From Trichinella spiralis (taxonomy: Eukaryota), in contig NW_003526943.1 in NCBI RefSeq assembly GCF_000181795.1, forward strand, positions 4,367,228 through 4,431,227: a DNA stretch of 64,000 nucleotides, in the 5' to 3' direction. The notes under the pieces were generated by a model, which did not search any database, had not been told where the DNA came from, and saw only the letters and a program-made list of their open reading frames with translations. Position 1 is the stretch's first letter; each line of letters starts with the position of its first letter. This document shows, one piece after another, positions 31,214-46,000 of this stretch. The position numbers were made by a program, and so were the translations under genes.

Positions 31214-34200
31214 ACTTAAAGAATTTTGCTATGAGCAGTTTTTTCTTTTTATTTTTAATATATAACTACCTTGTTTCAGATAAGCTTTGATTAAAATGTC
31301 GTTTTAATTGCAAGGTAGATACTGTTGTTTGAAGTAGCATTATTCTGTATAGTGATTATTATTTAGAAGAAAAGCGTTTCGATGCCAAATTAACTTTATT
31401 CCTAAGAAAGAAATAAATTTTAATAAACCCTTTTCTGCCGAGTTATCTATTTAACATTTAAAGTGTATTCTTCCTGCAAAGCATGCATGAACATTTTCCG
31501 TTCAAAATGCATCTTTTAGCCAATGTAATAAATTTTACAAGATTTAAAACTATGTAATATTTTAAGCAATTTCTAAAAATTTGATTTCTTCAGTAAAATA
31601 TTTGTAAAATTATTGGCAAAACATAAGAATTTCTTAGGAATGTGTAGCAATATAGATATAATAACATAAAATAAAATTGCTTGACAATTGCTTTGTAAAA
31701 AAATACAAAATAAAAAGCAGATCAGGCGGAAAAAAATCATCATCTGCAACATATAAAAATATAGGTTATTCCCGGGACTCCCACACAGTTGGAGAATAAG
31801 TTTTACTTTTTAAAATAAATTAAAAATGACAACAAATAGCTGTTGACAATTCACTGTATTCAAGCAAAAAGCAGGAATTATTTGCTATTTTTTTCTTAAT
31901 TTTTATACAGATAATTCTTATATTTAAATTAAATGTTTAATCGCGCGTTTAAAATGAAAAAAATATCCCTTTATAACAGGACATAATTAACAAAATTACT
32001 ATACTACTACGCAAGTATTTACATTTAATTAATTTTGATTATATTTTTTATATAAGCACTGAATTATTTTACTAATAATTGAGTTTCATTTATGTTTTTT
32101 ATGAAAAGAAACTTTCATTTGTGAAATGTAATATCCATTTTGAAATAATACATTTTCACAGGACAATAAAAGCTGATAAAAACTACACTGTAGTTAAAAA
32201 TGTAAAATTCAATCGTAAATTCATGCTATTATTTTAAATGGCATTTTAGAAAAAGAAAAAGAACAAGTTGTAAAAGAAATGTTGTTTGCAATTTATTTTC
32301 TGCATCACCTTGATATAATAAATCTTTCAAAATGACAAATTGTCTCACTTTTCAAAAACAAACTAGACAGTAATAAATTAAAAAAATAAAATAATAAATT
32401 TATTAAAAAGTTATTTCATAACAAATTTTTATGAAAACTGTATTTTTGAAAATACAATATCAATTTATTATTTATCATGCAGTATTATGATTTAGAACAG
32501 CTAAAAATTCATTAATTGTAAGCTTAATTGATCCTTACAGTCAAAATTTTATTACATATATGTTTAATATTTTCATTATTATTTATTAATTTTTTCACAA
32601 TTCCAAAATACAAGTTTGAAGTTTAAAGCAGAATGAAAATTTTAATTATTTTTAAAATTTCATTTATGTACATACATCTAACATTACATTATATATCATA
32701 TCGTCATGTCTCAACAACACAAATGCCAGTGAATTAAATTAATAATGGGATAGTAATGATAGCTTGCTAATCCCTTTATGTTCCATTTAATAAATTAACA
32801 AAGTAACTGATTGAACAATTGAATTATACATGTGAAGTTTCAACTTTACAAAGAATCTTTACTAAAATTTAGAATAATTCAAATGATAATGATAACGTGT
32901 AATAATTCAAATGCAGCGTTTGAAATGTTAGAAAGCTGCATTTAATTTTTTAAGCTATTGAAATTATAAAGTGATGAATTTAATAATAAGAATTTTAATG
33001 AAACTTTAGTAAATTTACTATATTTTTTTATTGATATGAAATGTAAAAATTTTTTTAATTGTGTTTCATTTCAAATTGTACAAAATTACATTTATTAACT
33101 TAATTTACATGATAAATGAAAAGCATGGTTGCATAAAAGAAGTTGTGAATTAATTGAATAATTATCAAAATATGATAATTGGCAATTTGAAAAAATACAA
33201 CTTTACCGTGGTGTGGCATAAAGTTCTATTGTTGGGTCAGGGACGTTAGCCAGTTTAATTTATTTTGCGTAGTTTGCTTTTACTGTTTTGTTCTGGTCAG
33301 CATATACTAATTGCAGGTAAACTTTATAATTTATGGGTTGGTTGCGTTTAGTAAAAGTTTACAGAGGTAACCCCTATGCTATGTTATGCTTCAGTAGGTT
33401 AAACATAAATTAACTTGCAAACTTTTGCCAACTGCAAACAAAGCACACGTGACCAGCAATTCCTGGAATTTTTATTCCATCTATTAAAAATAATAATGCA
33501 AAAGAAAATTATTTAATGTATTCAAAATTTGTTAATTTGCTACTTAATTTTCACTGAAAATTTGTCAGTAATATCTGGACCAAATTAACCAAAAACTAAT
33601 GGTTTATCATTTTAATTTATTGATCATCGTCATAAATAATTGCTTTTCTTCAACAAGTGACATTTATCTAAAATTATTTCTTTCAATATTGTAAACAACA
33701 AACTAAATTAGTAGAAATATTTTGAACTTTACTGATTATTTTTAAATTATTGCTAATATTCTCCATATTATTATTTCGTTCATGCAGATTCTGTTATTTT
33801 ATCATCTCAATTTATTAGCATTATATGATTTTATAATTAATATACTTTACATCAAGAATGTAAAGTCAAATGCAAATACTTCTTCCAAAATTTAATTGTT
33901 GCAAATTTGAGCCTTTTCTGAAAATTTGAAATAATTTTTCCTAATTTCATTTACGCATTTTAGCAAATTCATTGCACAACCAAGTTTCCATTTGCATTTT
34001 AGCATGCATGCATGCAGGAGCATTTGAAAAATTACTGGCAAACAAATAAATAAATGCATTTGCTAAATGAAAACAAAACATAAATTTAAATAATGCATAA
34101 AAATATACTTGAAACTGCATAATAAAGATAAAATTTTAAGCACTTAATTTTACAATTTATTATTATATATTCTGTGAGAAAATCTCCAAATGCACATCAA

Positions 34201-36509
34201 AGCAACTATCATTACTCCAACAACTCTGCAGACAGCAGGCACTATATTATTGAAGAATTTTCATCTGAAGTGCGAAAATTTTTACAGAAAAAAAATCCAA
34301 TTTTTACATGTTTCACTGTTTTGTGAAAAGTTTAAAATGTTCCCTTCTTGTGACTTCAAAATCAGATATGGCGTAATTTGTACAACAATATGTTGTTTGT
34401 TACTGAAGTAATTTCTTTGCAATGATATATTTGCAATAAAATATTATCAGCCATTTGAGATCAGTAAAAAGGAAGTAAAAAGACTTTGCAAAAATTTCAC
34501 TATCAGCTGTCAAATCTGTTGTCAGAATCACAGGATTCGTAAATTGTGGAAAGATTGAACAGCTTGAATGCAGAAATCCAATTTTTCATCTGTTATTCCC
34601 ATGAATTTTAAAGGTCAGTGTTGTAAAGAACAATTCATCTCGTGTTTAATCAATTAAAATCGCCTTGCCTACATCCTGCTGAATGAACAGACAAATTCGC
34701 AGCTACCAAACTTGTTTAATACAGCTTTAAAGAGTAAGGTTGTCAGTGGAACACCTTGAAACAAGATACCGCCAAAAGGAAGATTTCTCCTCGGGCATTT
34801 TACCTTTTCAGAGCACGTCTTACAATCAAACGGGAAATTAATATGTGTACTAAAAACAAACTTTTTGTGCAGTTTACTTTTGAAAGCTTACAAGCTTACA
34901 CTTTTCATCAGGTTGCTAATTTCGTGGAAAACTTTGACGAACATTTTATTTTTACAGCTCAGCAAACTTGAATTCAAATTCGAAAAATAACTTCTCCTTC
35001 TGAACAGTTTAATGACAATTTTCAAAAATTGGTAATATTAAAATTTCTAGAAAAACTGCTTTCGCTTTTTTCCAAAAAAAAATCACTTAAACTGCCGAAG
35101 AGCTTGTAGCGGCCGATGCACCACAGACGGAGGTCAAACATCCCATTTTTTTACACAAGGCCGAAACGACCCTGCGTCACGCGTCAGCGACTACCGTCTA
35201 CAAAAGCCTCTGTGTTAAAAATGCTTTTAGACGACCGTGAAATTGTGACTGTATTCCAAGAGTCCGGTTTTGATTCGAGCAGGCGAAAGCTGGCTTCGCC
35301 TATCCTACTTTTTCAAACCCGCATTTCAATTTAAAAATTACTGTCTTCTTGGAAGTGGTGATCATCCTTAGTCCGTACGCTTTCTCGACTGCCACCATCA
35401 GACACTCTGCTGTCCAGTGTCGAATTTATAATTCTGCCACATTTCCATTTTAAAGCCTTTCACTGCTTCAACAATCACTGTCAGGTAATAATTATTTCAT
35501 CTCTCTTTATCTTTAATCTCTGCATATATATATATATATCAATGCATGTGTATCCGTGCATGCACCTGCATATATTACATATGTAATTTCAATACATAAA
35601 TTTCAAATATTTAAATCTGTTGTTTAATCATCATGTTTCGATTTAATAAATTTTCACAGCTTCATAGCTTACTGCATAAAATTACAGCTCAAAGAAAAGT
35701 ACAGTTATGTAATTGCTTATAACTCAATTCAGTAAAAGTATATTTATTATATGGTTTATACATTCAAGTGAGATTATTAAACAAAAATTTATGGCGCTCT
35801 AAAGGAAGAGAATTGTAAAAATGAAAAGTATTTCCTTATTATTATTATTATTATTATTAATGCTAAGAATATTATAAATTTTGAAGTTTCTGGTACATAA
35901 CGACGTGATTTCTTCAACGAAAGGATGATGTTTCTGATATGTAAAACTTACACTCTATTTTCATTCCGAATTAAACATTGCAAATACTAGTTTCTTTCTT
36001 TTGAAGAAATCATCCACTTCAGTAACCTTGATAAAAAATAGCATTGTTCAAATTTGCTTTGATCACATTATAACGGTGCAGAAAAAAAACAACTTCAAGA
36101 ATTCTCAATGAATCATCATCTTAAGAAATCATTATGAAACTATTCCATGGGATTCTGCTTTTTTTTCAATTTTGCAATTACAGACAGGCTTATTAGAGAG
36201 GGGGAGGGTCATGTGATTCAGTGCAAATAATTTTTTTATAAACTATTACAACGATCGGTTTTGTAAGCCTTGTTTTGAAAACTGCCACGTGATAAGATAC
36301 CAACCTCTCAGTTGCGCTTGACACGCGTGTTGATTGAAGCCCTGGGCATTGAAAGATAGCCTCGATTTTTCTTCACGTGTAACCATTTGTTTTCTAGGAC
36401 AGCATAAAGGGCGGTAAAAGTTTACCACTCCACTTCACCGTTTTGTTTTTACATTTAAATTCACCACCGCTTGTTTCACTTTTCAGGCACCAGCTTTTTA
36501 ATTCAGAAA

Positions 36510-39215
36510 ATGTTCACTTTCAAAATGTCGTTTTTTATCAATTTGACAATTTTGTTGGTAAGTTATTTAATACAACTGAGAATTCATTATGGTATAATTA
36601 TAAGAAAAATTTTTAGACTTTCACAACTATTCACGGCGTTATTATTGATAATTTAATTATTGGTGAGCCAGAAGTAGAATGCGGTACTGATTCGATGCTA
36701 GTTAGTTTAAACACAAAAGAACCCTTCGAAGGACACGTGTATGTAAAGGGTCATTATGATACACCAGGCTGCAGAACAGATGGAACTAACAACAAAACTG
36801 CAAAAATTTCTATATCATACTCTAACTGTGATGTTCGAAGACAAAGAACTGTACGTAATCATGAAATGCATTTTATTGTTTAATGAAAGTCCGCATAATT
36901 TCAGTCGTCACCAGCAGGCGTATTCTTAAGCACCATTGTTGTGATCACATTTCACCCGATGTTCGTCACCAAAGTTGATCGTGCTTACAATGTGAAATGC
37001 TTTTATATGGCAGCTGATAAAGTCGTATCATCAGATTTGGAAGTTAGGTAAGTAGAATAAAGCAACACCTTGATCATTCCTTTCAAAAATTTGGGTGTGA
37101 GGAAATCAGGTGAATGACACACATTCAGTGCATTTGCCATTGCATGGCCATTTGACATTGCGTGAAGCACTCCCACCTGTTGCTAACCTCCCGGAAGTAA
37201 CATTCTGCTCCTATTTCACTTTCATTTAAAAACTGCTTTATAAATTGTCTTTCAAACTCAAAATATTTAAAAATATTTTTCATATAAGACAAAGTATTAA
37301 TAACTAAAAGCAGCATACCGTTTTAATATTTTATATTATTTAAAAAATGAAAACTTATTATTTAAAATTTTAGCAAAATTTAATATTTCTAAGTTTTAAA
37401 CAATGTCTACTTGAATTTAAAAAGTAGCTTAGCATTCTTGCGTTTAAATAAAAATTATTAAATTATTTAAAAATTTTCCAATCTGGCTTTCAGACTAGTT
37501 TGCTTCAACGAATATATTAATAAGATTCCAATTCTAGATATAAAACTGCCAAAGTGGTATTTTAATAAATTAAAAGATGCACTGAAAAATCATATCAAAA
37601 TTAAACTGACTTATGCACTGTCATGACATTAATAAAGGAAAATGAAGAAGTTGCACTAAATGAATAAGAAGTTGTGATGACGCATCATCAAGACTAGAGT
37701 GCTTTGATTTAATTGATTTCTAAAAATTATGTACAGTAAGTGTATGTATTATGTATAAAACGATAATTAAATCAAATGAAATTTATATCTGTTCCATAAC
37801 AAGTAAAAAATGCTCTGCAACGTTCATGAGGACTTGAAAAATACACTTTTTATACTTTTTAGCGAGAACTATGAATAATAATAGCAATAATGGCAGATGA
37901 TGATCATTTTTACTGTCAGTACAACGGTTACAAAAACTAGAAATGGCATAATTTTATACGTAATATTTTTCATTTGCTATTTCCGTCTGTTTGAACAAAC
38001 AAACAAGACATATATTGAAAAAAGTTCACTTTGCATATTTTTGCATGCTTATTGTCAAATAACTGCATGTGCAATTAACATAAATGCTTGTGTAGCGTTG
38101 CATTCTAACTTTAGAGAGCTTCCTAGTTTCCAAAGTGACGATGTACAATCAATGAACTCTTTATTGCTTAGTACGTTGGCTACAGAACTGATAACTCAAA
38201 CGGTGGAAATGCCGGAATGCAAATATGAAGTTCTCAGTGATGGACCAACTGGTCAAGCGATTAAATATGCAACCGTTGGTCAGCAAGTGTATCACAAATG
38301 GAGCTGCAGCAGTGAAGCAGGTAAAGTCTTATGAGAAATTTAATTATCGTTGAAATTTTATTCCTTAATTTGTTCTAAATGTTGTATAAAAATCAATGCA
38401 ATAACTGTAAATCAGTGATACTTTAAAAAATAATACATTTCACTATTTTGTTTTTCTATTTAGTCGATGTGTACTGTATGACTGTTCACAGTTGTAGCGT
38501 AGAAGATGGACAAGGCCGACGGGTACTATTATTGGATGAAAATGGGTAACTTTTTGTCTGTTTGAGAAGTTCCGTCAATCTGACGTAAAATTGTCATGTC
38601 TTTTATTTGCAGCTGTCCGCAAGACAAATACCTTATGGCCAATTTAAATTACCCAACTGATTTGGCTGCTCAAGTTGACAGTATGGTGTTTAAATTTGCT
38701 GACAAGCCAAGCTTATTTTTTCAATGCCAAATTCGTTTGTCGTTGAAAACAGACGGAGAATGCAAGGTTGTTCACAACGATTTTCAGTCAACTTTTTTCT
38801 TCATTTTTATTTTAATTTATTTTTTTAGAGAACCTCTGATGACTGTAATACGCTGAAGAAAATGAAAAGAGAAATCTTTGCAGGCAAGAAAGGAGAAAAC
38901 GTCGACGTCTTTTCAGATACAATGGTTGTTTTGGATGTTGACGATGGATATGGTAGTTTTTATTATTTTTTGGGTTTGTTCTTTTTTAATATAAGATTTT
39001 TATTTTAAGCAACTCTTGAAGATTTGAAAAAATTGCAAGCACTTCGAAATTCAAATATGCATAATACTATTGTTACAGAAGCTGAAAATGGAGTTTGTCT
39101 CAGTTCTATCAGTTTTGGAATTCTAGTCTCAATTGTTGGTCTTTTGCTCCTGACATCTATATCCGCAAGCGTAATGGTGTGTCTGAGACGTGACAGGAAC
39201 ACACTTAAAAAATAA
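36510..39215 (+). CDS. Cuticlin (ZP-domain cuticle protein, CUT-1 family) with signal peptide, basic cleavage site and C-terminal TM helix
   Basis: [61 protein letters not shown]...[63 protein letters not shown]. Likely non-coding first exon ending at the donor near 35484. Confidence 0.93.
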
Positions 39216-39704
39216 TTTGAATCAGCATATATGAAACATCATTTATTCTTTTTGCATTTGTTTCATTTGTTCTGCCATTGTTCAATGATGCTCACTTGAT
39301 AACGAATATATTACATTATGTGTAGATTTCTTTTAAATATTGTTTTCATTTCACTACCTTTTTAATGGTCTATTTGGATATTCTGTCGGCTCAATTTCCA
39401 GTACCGCTGCCCTATTCTCTCATGAGTCTGCCATTATTTAGTTTTACTTACTCAAAGTGTAAAAATTGTTAATAATGAAATGAAAACAACAAATATGAAG
39501 CTCAAAAAAGCACTTTTACGGTGATTACTCTTTAGAATAAAATTTTATTGCACATGAAAAGATAAAAATAAATCAAAAATTTTGCATCTATTGTTCTTTG
39601 TATTTTTGAATGATATAATATAATATATATCACTTTAAAACTTTTGAAATAATGTAAAAATTCATTAATATAAATTAATTTACGCTTCATTGTTAAATAA
39701 TTTA

Positions 39705-40329
39705 CAGTCCAACTTGGTTAAGTGCACATGGAATTTGGCAGGAATCTCCATGCACTTATCCACAGTTGAGAATTATGCAGAGTAATTGAAGGAACGCTAA
39801 CTTCGCATCGACGAATAGGTTTAATGCAAGAAAATGTCCATTTATTTTAAGTAAAATAGTCAGAAATGTAGGTTTTAATTACATTTTGTGGTACCAGCGT
39901 TACTAGCTGATCTTCAATTCGATTTAGATTTGTCTGATTTATGCTGTTTTCGTAAAAATATGGCCGAATTGCTGCCAGACATGCAAGAGCTTCCTTGTGA
40001 ATAACTTCCTGGGAAAACAGTAGTTGTTTAGTCTTTACTTTAGGCCAGCTCAAGTTGTTTTTGATGCGCGTGCTTATTCTGATACAGTAAACAATCAACT
40101 TTGCTGAGCATCAATAATTGTTATGGCTGATGATGAACCTAAAGCGGCCTGGAACGCGCCTATTGTGCCCTTACCTATTGCGAACAGTGAATCCTGTGGA
40201 CCTCAGCAAAATGATGCACTCATCCATTATTTTAACGTATAATTCGTAATTTTAACGTATAACAGGAAATTTCGTTGGACCGAAATCATGTGCATTTAAG
40301 GGAAATGTGCACTTAACCAAGTTTGACTG
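39705..40329 (-). mobile_element. Non-autonomous Tc1/mariner-superfamily (pogo/Tigger-like) element, 625 bp
   Basis: 25-bp terminal inverted repeats with 1 mismatch (CAGTCCAACTTGGTTAAGTGCACAT 39705-39729; ATGTGCACTTAACCAAGTTTGACTG 40305-40329) and TA on both flanks. The internal minus-strand ORF ends ...KTYISDYFT*, resembling pogo/Tigger transposase C-termini. Confidence 0.88.
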
Positions 40330-40566
40330 TAATTCAGTTAAGCTAACTAAAATCACCAGAAGCAAATTACAGCTATCAAAACTGCAAAAAATATTTCCAC
40401 ACATCCTGAAAGAATAAACTTGCTGTAATCAAACGATAATTCATGTTTTTCTGATTATTTTAATCAGACTAACATGATTGCAATATTTTCACAGTTTAAA
40501 ACACATTTCAATTATTCAATTCAATTTAATTCAAATTAAATTGCAAGCAACTTGCACCATATTTTT

Positions 40567-43026
40567 TTAAGCATTGCTTAATAAATAAAGTAAAATTATA
40601 AAAATCAAACTAAACAATGAAACGATATCTAACATGAAATAAGAAAAAAACCGGTCAGTAAATTTCATCACTAAGAACTTTCTGCGCATATCTTTTGAAG
40701 TAAAATGGCGAGCTGCCCATTCTATCCAGAACGCCGGTGCTGAGATTCCTGCTCGCTTTTTAGCCTTTCGTTCAAATGTTTGATATGATGATAGCATCAA
40801 TTTCATTTTTAATGTCTTTTCTCTAAAGAAATAAATCTTAAAAATCAATATTTCTAAAACATTTATATTTTGAAAACCGAAATATTTACTATGTTTGAAG
40901 TATTTTTACTAAAACTTATTGAATATAACATGCAAGCAATGATTTAATGCAATATTTATAATGCTACTCAGCTATGTATTATTATAATATTATTTAAATG
41001 AATTAATTAAACAATATTAATGAAATGTAATATTTATGCCATTTTTAAGTTTTTACAAAAATCCGTTTCAAAATATGCAGTAGAAGTTTTAAAATTCTAA
41101 AATTACCTGTATTTTTTAACTGCATAATATTGATCAGGATTAAGAAAAGAATCATTCTGCGAAATTTGCAGCATTTTTCGCAATTTATGTGAGAGTTTCT
41201 CACCAGAAAGACTGTTGACAAAAAGTACATCAGCCACACCTTTTTCTACAAGTCTACCAACGTTGTACATTTGATCACCTTGTAGTGGAATTCCTAGCAC
41301 CGGAACAGCATTATTAATCGCTTCTAAAGTAGTGGAAACTCCACCATGACTGATAAGCAGTTTTACTGATGGATCTCCAAGTAGTTGCATTAGAGGTATC
41401 CATTTGGCAGCTATTACATTTGAAGGCAGTGAATTGTTATATTTTTCAATACCCGGTATTTGCAGTACTACTTGGTACTGTTTAAACTGAGAAAAGGCAG
41501 AGCTAAAACTTTTTATGACCCGTTCTGGCAACTGGGAAGCACTGGAACAGGTTCCAAATGATGCAACAATCACATCTTTATTGGGGGTAGTACCGTAAAC
41601 CTAAAACCGGAATATTTTATTTAAATAAGAAAAAATTAAAAAAGCCACAATTTTATACTCAATAAAAATGAATATGTATTAATTATAATTATTTTTAGCA
41701 TTTAATCATAAAAATATAGCATAGGAACAAATAAAATGATGAAAAGAAGTTGCATCTTGCATTGATGCCAAATGCACCATTTTGAAAACTGAATATAATA
41801 ATCACAAAAATAAAAGTAATAAAAAATACATCTTAATGAATTTATATGCAGCATATTATCAAATAATAAAAAGAAATTTGCACTAATTTTTATTACCATT
41901 ACATAAATGTTTAATACACATCAAGCTTTTATTCTATTTAGCCGTTAATTATATATTGCTGTCTAGCCTTTGTTCTGTCATATGCAAACTAATGCTCAGG
42001 CACTAAAGTGCACATTATTAAATTAACGCTGAACTTGTTAACTTAATTGAATTAAGATGTATTACAGCTTTTAGTTAATAAATTAAAATATTTAAAAATC
42101 AAAAAATCTAATGATGGAATGAAAATTTGACATACGTCAGAAACGTGTCGCGGCTTGATTCCTGAGCACTTCATACACCCAAAATATTTTACTGTATTTG
42201 CAATTGGTCTTGGTCCATCGAGAAGAAATTCCAATGGAGTTCCATAAAAAATTGTGTCCCGTTCTTCTTGACGCAGTTCTGCAGAATATCCAACATCTCT
42301 GAACATCTTGTTACTACGCCAAAAAAGTCCCATTCTAGCAAAAATCAAAGCTACATGTGTGGCCGTGTTTAAAACACGCTCAAAAAATGACATCTTTGAT
42401 CCAGTGTGACTGACCAAAGCTGGAACATAAGAAGGATTTGACGGCACTCCAAAATTATCAGTGTATACTTCAACCATTGGATAATTTGATAAATAAACTC
42501 TGGGTATTTTTAAAATAGAAGAAATTCCAATTGCGCATTCATTTAATACATAGTCGATGGCAATTATGTCGAGTTTCATCTCTTGCACCTTGCGCATGTA
42601 ATCCGCATCTTTCAATGCAGATTGACAAGCCTTGGCATGAGATTCATATAACTGATGAAATGTAAAAATACCTTTGTAATTGAAAGTTCCTCCTCCCATT
42701 GGTACAGGCCCATGCCAAATTTGATTCATAGCTGCGTTCATGATAGTGTTCGTTTCTGGCCGACTATAATCATATTGCACAATTGACCAGTTGTAGTTAC
42801 TTTTCGGCAAAGTAAAATTGAAGTTGAACACTCTTATTTGAAGCATTGTAACTTTAAATCCTCGACTTGACAAATCATCCGCAACCTGTTGCATCATGAT
42901 ATCGTGACTATACGGTCCGGTGTTCATGAAAAGACCAATATGCAGTTGTTTTTTTATGTTGTCTTTACAGTAAACCAGAAAAACTATGGTTAATAAGCAA
43001 ACTATTTTTTCTACTATCGTATTCAT
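40567..43026 (-). CDS. UDP-glucuronosyl/glycosyltransferase (GT1), membrane anchored
   Basis: Exons 43026-42136, 41600-41107, 40822-40567. Signal peptide, catalytic-His motif PYSH, PSNPSYVP, MSFFERVLN, ASFGT, signature WIP...LISHGGVSTTLEAI..VPVLGIPLQGDQ, AFWIEW, C-terminal TM. Confidence 0.93.
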
Positions 43027-46000
43027 TGTTATGCAAAGAAACGGGTTTCCGTTTCTTTCACAAAATTCATAATGAATCTAAAAGAAAATAAATAAATATA
43101 ACATATGTAACTTGTCTTGCATTTCAAGTATGCAGTTAAAATAAAATTATACGTTGTCAAAATAAAGAGAAGATTAGCACATCATTTCAATATAAGATTA
43201 CTTTATTTTGTTAATTGAAATGTATAATAAAGCATACGTTCTCTCTTAATGACTAGCACCAAATTAACTGATTCATGGATAACAAAAGTTTTGATTTTAA
43301 AAAATAACAAAAGATGAAAAAACAGTCTAAATTAAAATCCACTATTAAATTAAAATTATCATTTAACAGAAACTGGCTAACTTCATCAAATATTCAAATC
43401 AGATAAGAATTTTTTATGCTTACATAAAATTATATTTGTCGACAAGCACCACTCAAAGCAATTGCTGAAGATGCTTATAAACTGCAACATGAAGATTAAT
43501 TCTTTTCTCATTATTGTATTTTGCAACTTAATGAAGTTTACAAAAATACTGTTCAGCCCTCGACAGATTCGATCAATCACTTCACAATATTCTGCACTTT
43601 ACATTAGATCATTAGAAAAAAAGAATGTTGAGAGAGGAATTTTAAGAGGAATTTTATGAATTTTTCTTAGTGCATAGGTTCTTCAGGGGCATCGAAAAAA
43701 GGAAATTAGAAAGTGCTCATTACGTCAGTCAAGTCCTTGACAACAGTGCCAGTCAGTACTAAGAAAAAACATTTTGTACACCATTCACAACGGTGCAAAG
43801 TGAAAGTTTCTACACTGCATTATAAGTGTACCATGCTCAAAGCTAACTAAAATTAATTATACTGAAAAATAGGTGACTGAACTTCATCTCAATTCTAAAT
43901 TGTTGCTAATTAAAATATTCGTCTAAATAAAATAAATCCCTTTAATCAAGCTTATTATTGCCTTGCCATCTTTCTACTAAAAGCAGTTTTTGCTTTCTTG
44001 CTTAAGCAATTTTAAACTTATATAAAATACTTTATTCATTTGAAAATGCTTAGAACATTATAAATTAAAAAGATGATATTACTAAAAACTATAGTGCTGT
44101 GAAAATATAACTGAAGTGATCGAAGTGTTTTTCCTCATATATTATCAACATTTACATTAATTTCCATATTATATTATTGTTATTATTATTATCTCTATTA
44201 TTATTAGTGCATAAAACTACTTTAGCAGTTCATTTATGCTTCTTTTAGTGAAACATCACTATGATGATATTTTGAAAGACAAATGCTAACCTTTCCTTCA
44301 GTGCATTGTAATTGCACATTCAACAATTCACTGCAAATTTCAAATGTATACTTTAAAGATATATGAACATCTAAGCATGATATTTTATTTCTTAATTTAA
44401 TTACAAAATATTATACACTTGTACATGTAGGTAATTTCATAATTTACATTTTTTATAAATGAAATTTAGCATATTAAACACGCTTTAAATCCAAAATATA
44501 GGGTATTCATAGAGAAATTTAAATATTATAAAGTAATATTACCAATGTTAAAGTTCCATTTTAATTTCAAAAAGCAGTAAAATGCAATAATACATTTTAG
44601 TGAATTAGCAAATGCAAGAGGACGAATGACGAAAGTCTAAAATAGCAGATATCCATTGACTTAATAACTAAAACTGAAGAATAAAAAATCAGAATAAAGC
44701 ATTAAAAACTGTATTTCGTGACAGTCACGCAAAAGTATGATAATGGTGCACTGACCTTACTGAATGTATGTTTCAAGCACATTTAATTTTTTATTAAAAA
44801 CTTTTTTATATTAGACTTTATAATTTTAAACTTAAATTTCGATTAAAATTGCATAATAACTTAATTCTGTTTTTATACCTTCTTTTCGAAAAAAAGTTAC
44901 ATTATATAATGGCAGTTGAGCTGAATTGTCTGTACACGCCATATATATAATATTGATATATTTACTTATTTATTTGAAATAAATAATTTTAATAATCTAA
45001 CTTACCAGAAAGCATTCTTAGTATTAAACACTTGATATTTTCATTAAAAGAAGCAAAATTATTCAGCTTATTTACTTTAGCATTGTAATGGTGATGAAGC
45101 AAATGAAATACAATAAGAATGATTGCAACAGAAAAAGTTTATATTTTACAAATCAGTACTGAAACCGCCAGCATTGAATAGTTATCATTTGTATAGAATA
45201 ATGTTGAAAGAGAGCTATTAATTCAGGTCATATGTATATGATGCACGATGTCTAGGTCAGTTGTTAACGGGGTAATTATACCTGATGCATTGGAATTGAA
45301 TCGCTTTCTTCCAACTTCAATTCAGATACTTCGCAGGTCATTCACTGTCCACCTGCAAACTATAAGCATCACACTTTAAATTACGTAGTATGTAAATCAT
45401 ATTTCATTTTTGAGAAATTTTAAAATAATTATTTTTTATCCATTATATTTCATTTACGAACATCCATGCATACAAAAATAAACATGTATATATCACATCT
45501 CTCATTACGTGCACCATCTCTGTTAAAAATTACATAAATTTGTTAAAAATTTCAAAATTTAATTAAATGAGCATTTTACATAAAATAATATTCAGACATA
45601 TTAAATATTAAAAAAATAAATCACAAAAGATTGATATCACTATAATTTATAGCGTTGTTTAATCTATCATTCGCTGAAATTGTATTATTTAAAAAAAAGA
45701 TTTTATCATATAAAATGCTTTTGTCATTTTAAACAACACAACTAAAATATTTGTATTCTTTTTAAATTTTAAATTTTACATATAAAAATATGCGTTGCAA
45801 AACACATTTATTATATGTTATGATAATTGAAAATAAATCGACCAAGTGATTTAACTGTCTGCCACAGAAGTGACATTTGTTTTGAATTACATATTATAGA
45901 ATATTCATAAATCAGAACAATTTAAAAATTGAAATAGTCCAAAACGTTTAACATATAAAATTTTTTCACATTATCCAGCTTTTATCGAAATCAGTATTAT

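Noticed and set aside
37090..37215. GC-richer island in a cuticlin intron as a miRNA/snoRNA
   Set aside because: No convincing long hairpin, C/D or H/ACA boxes, or known mature miRNA seen; more likely an enhancer.
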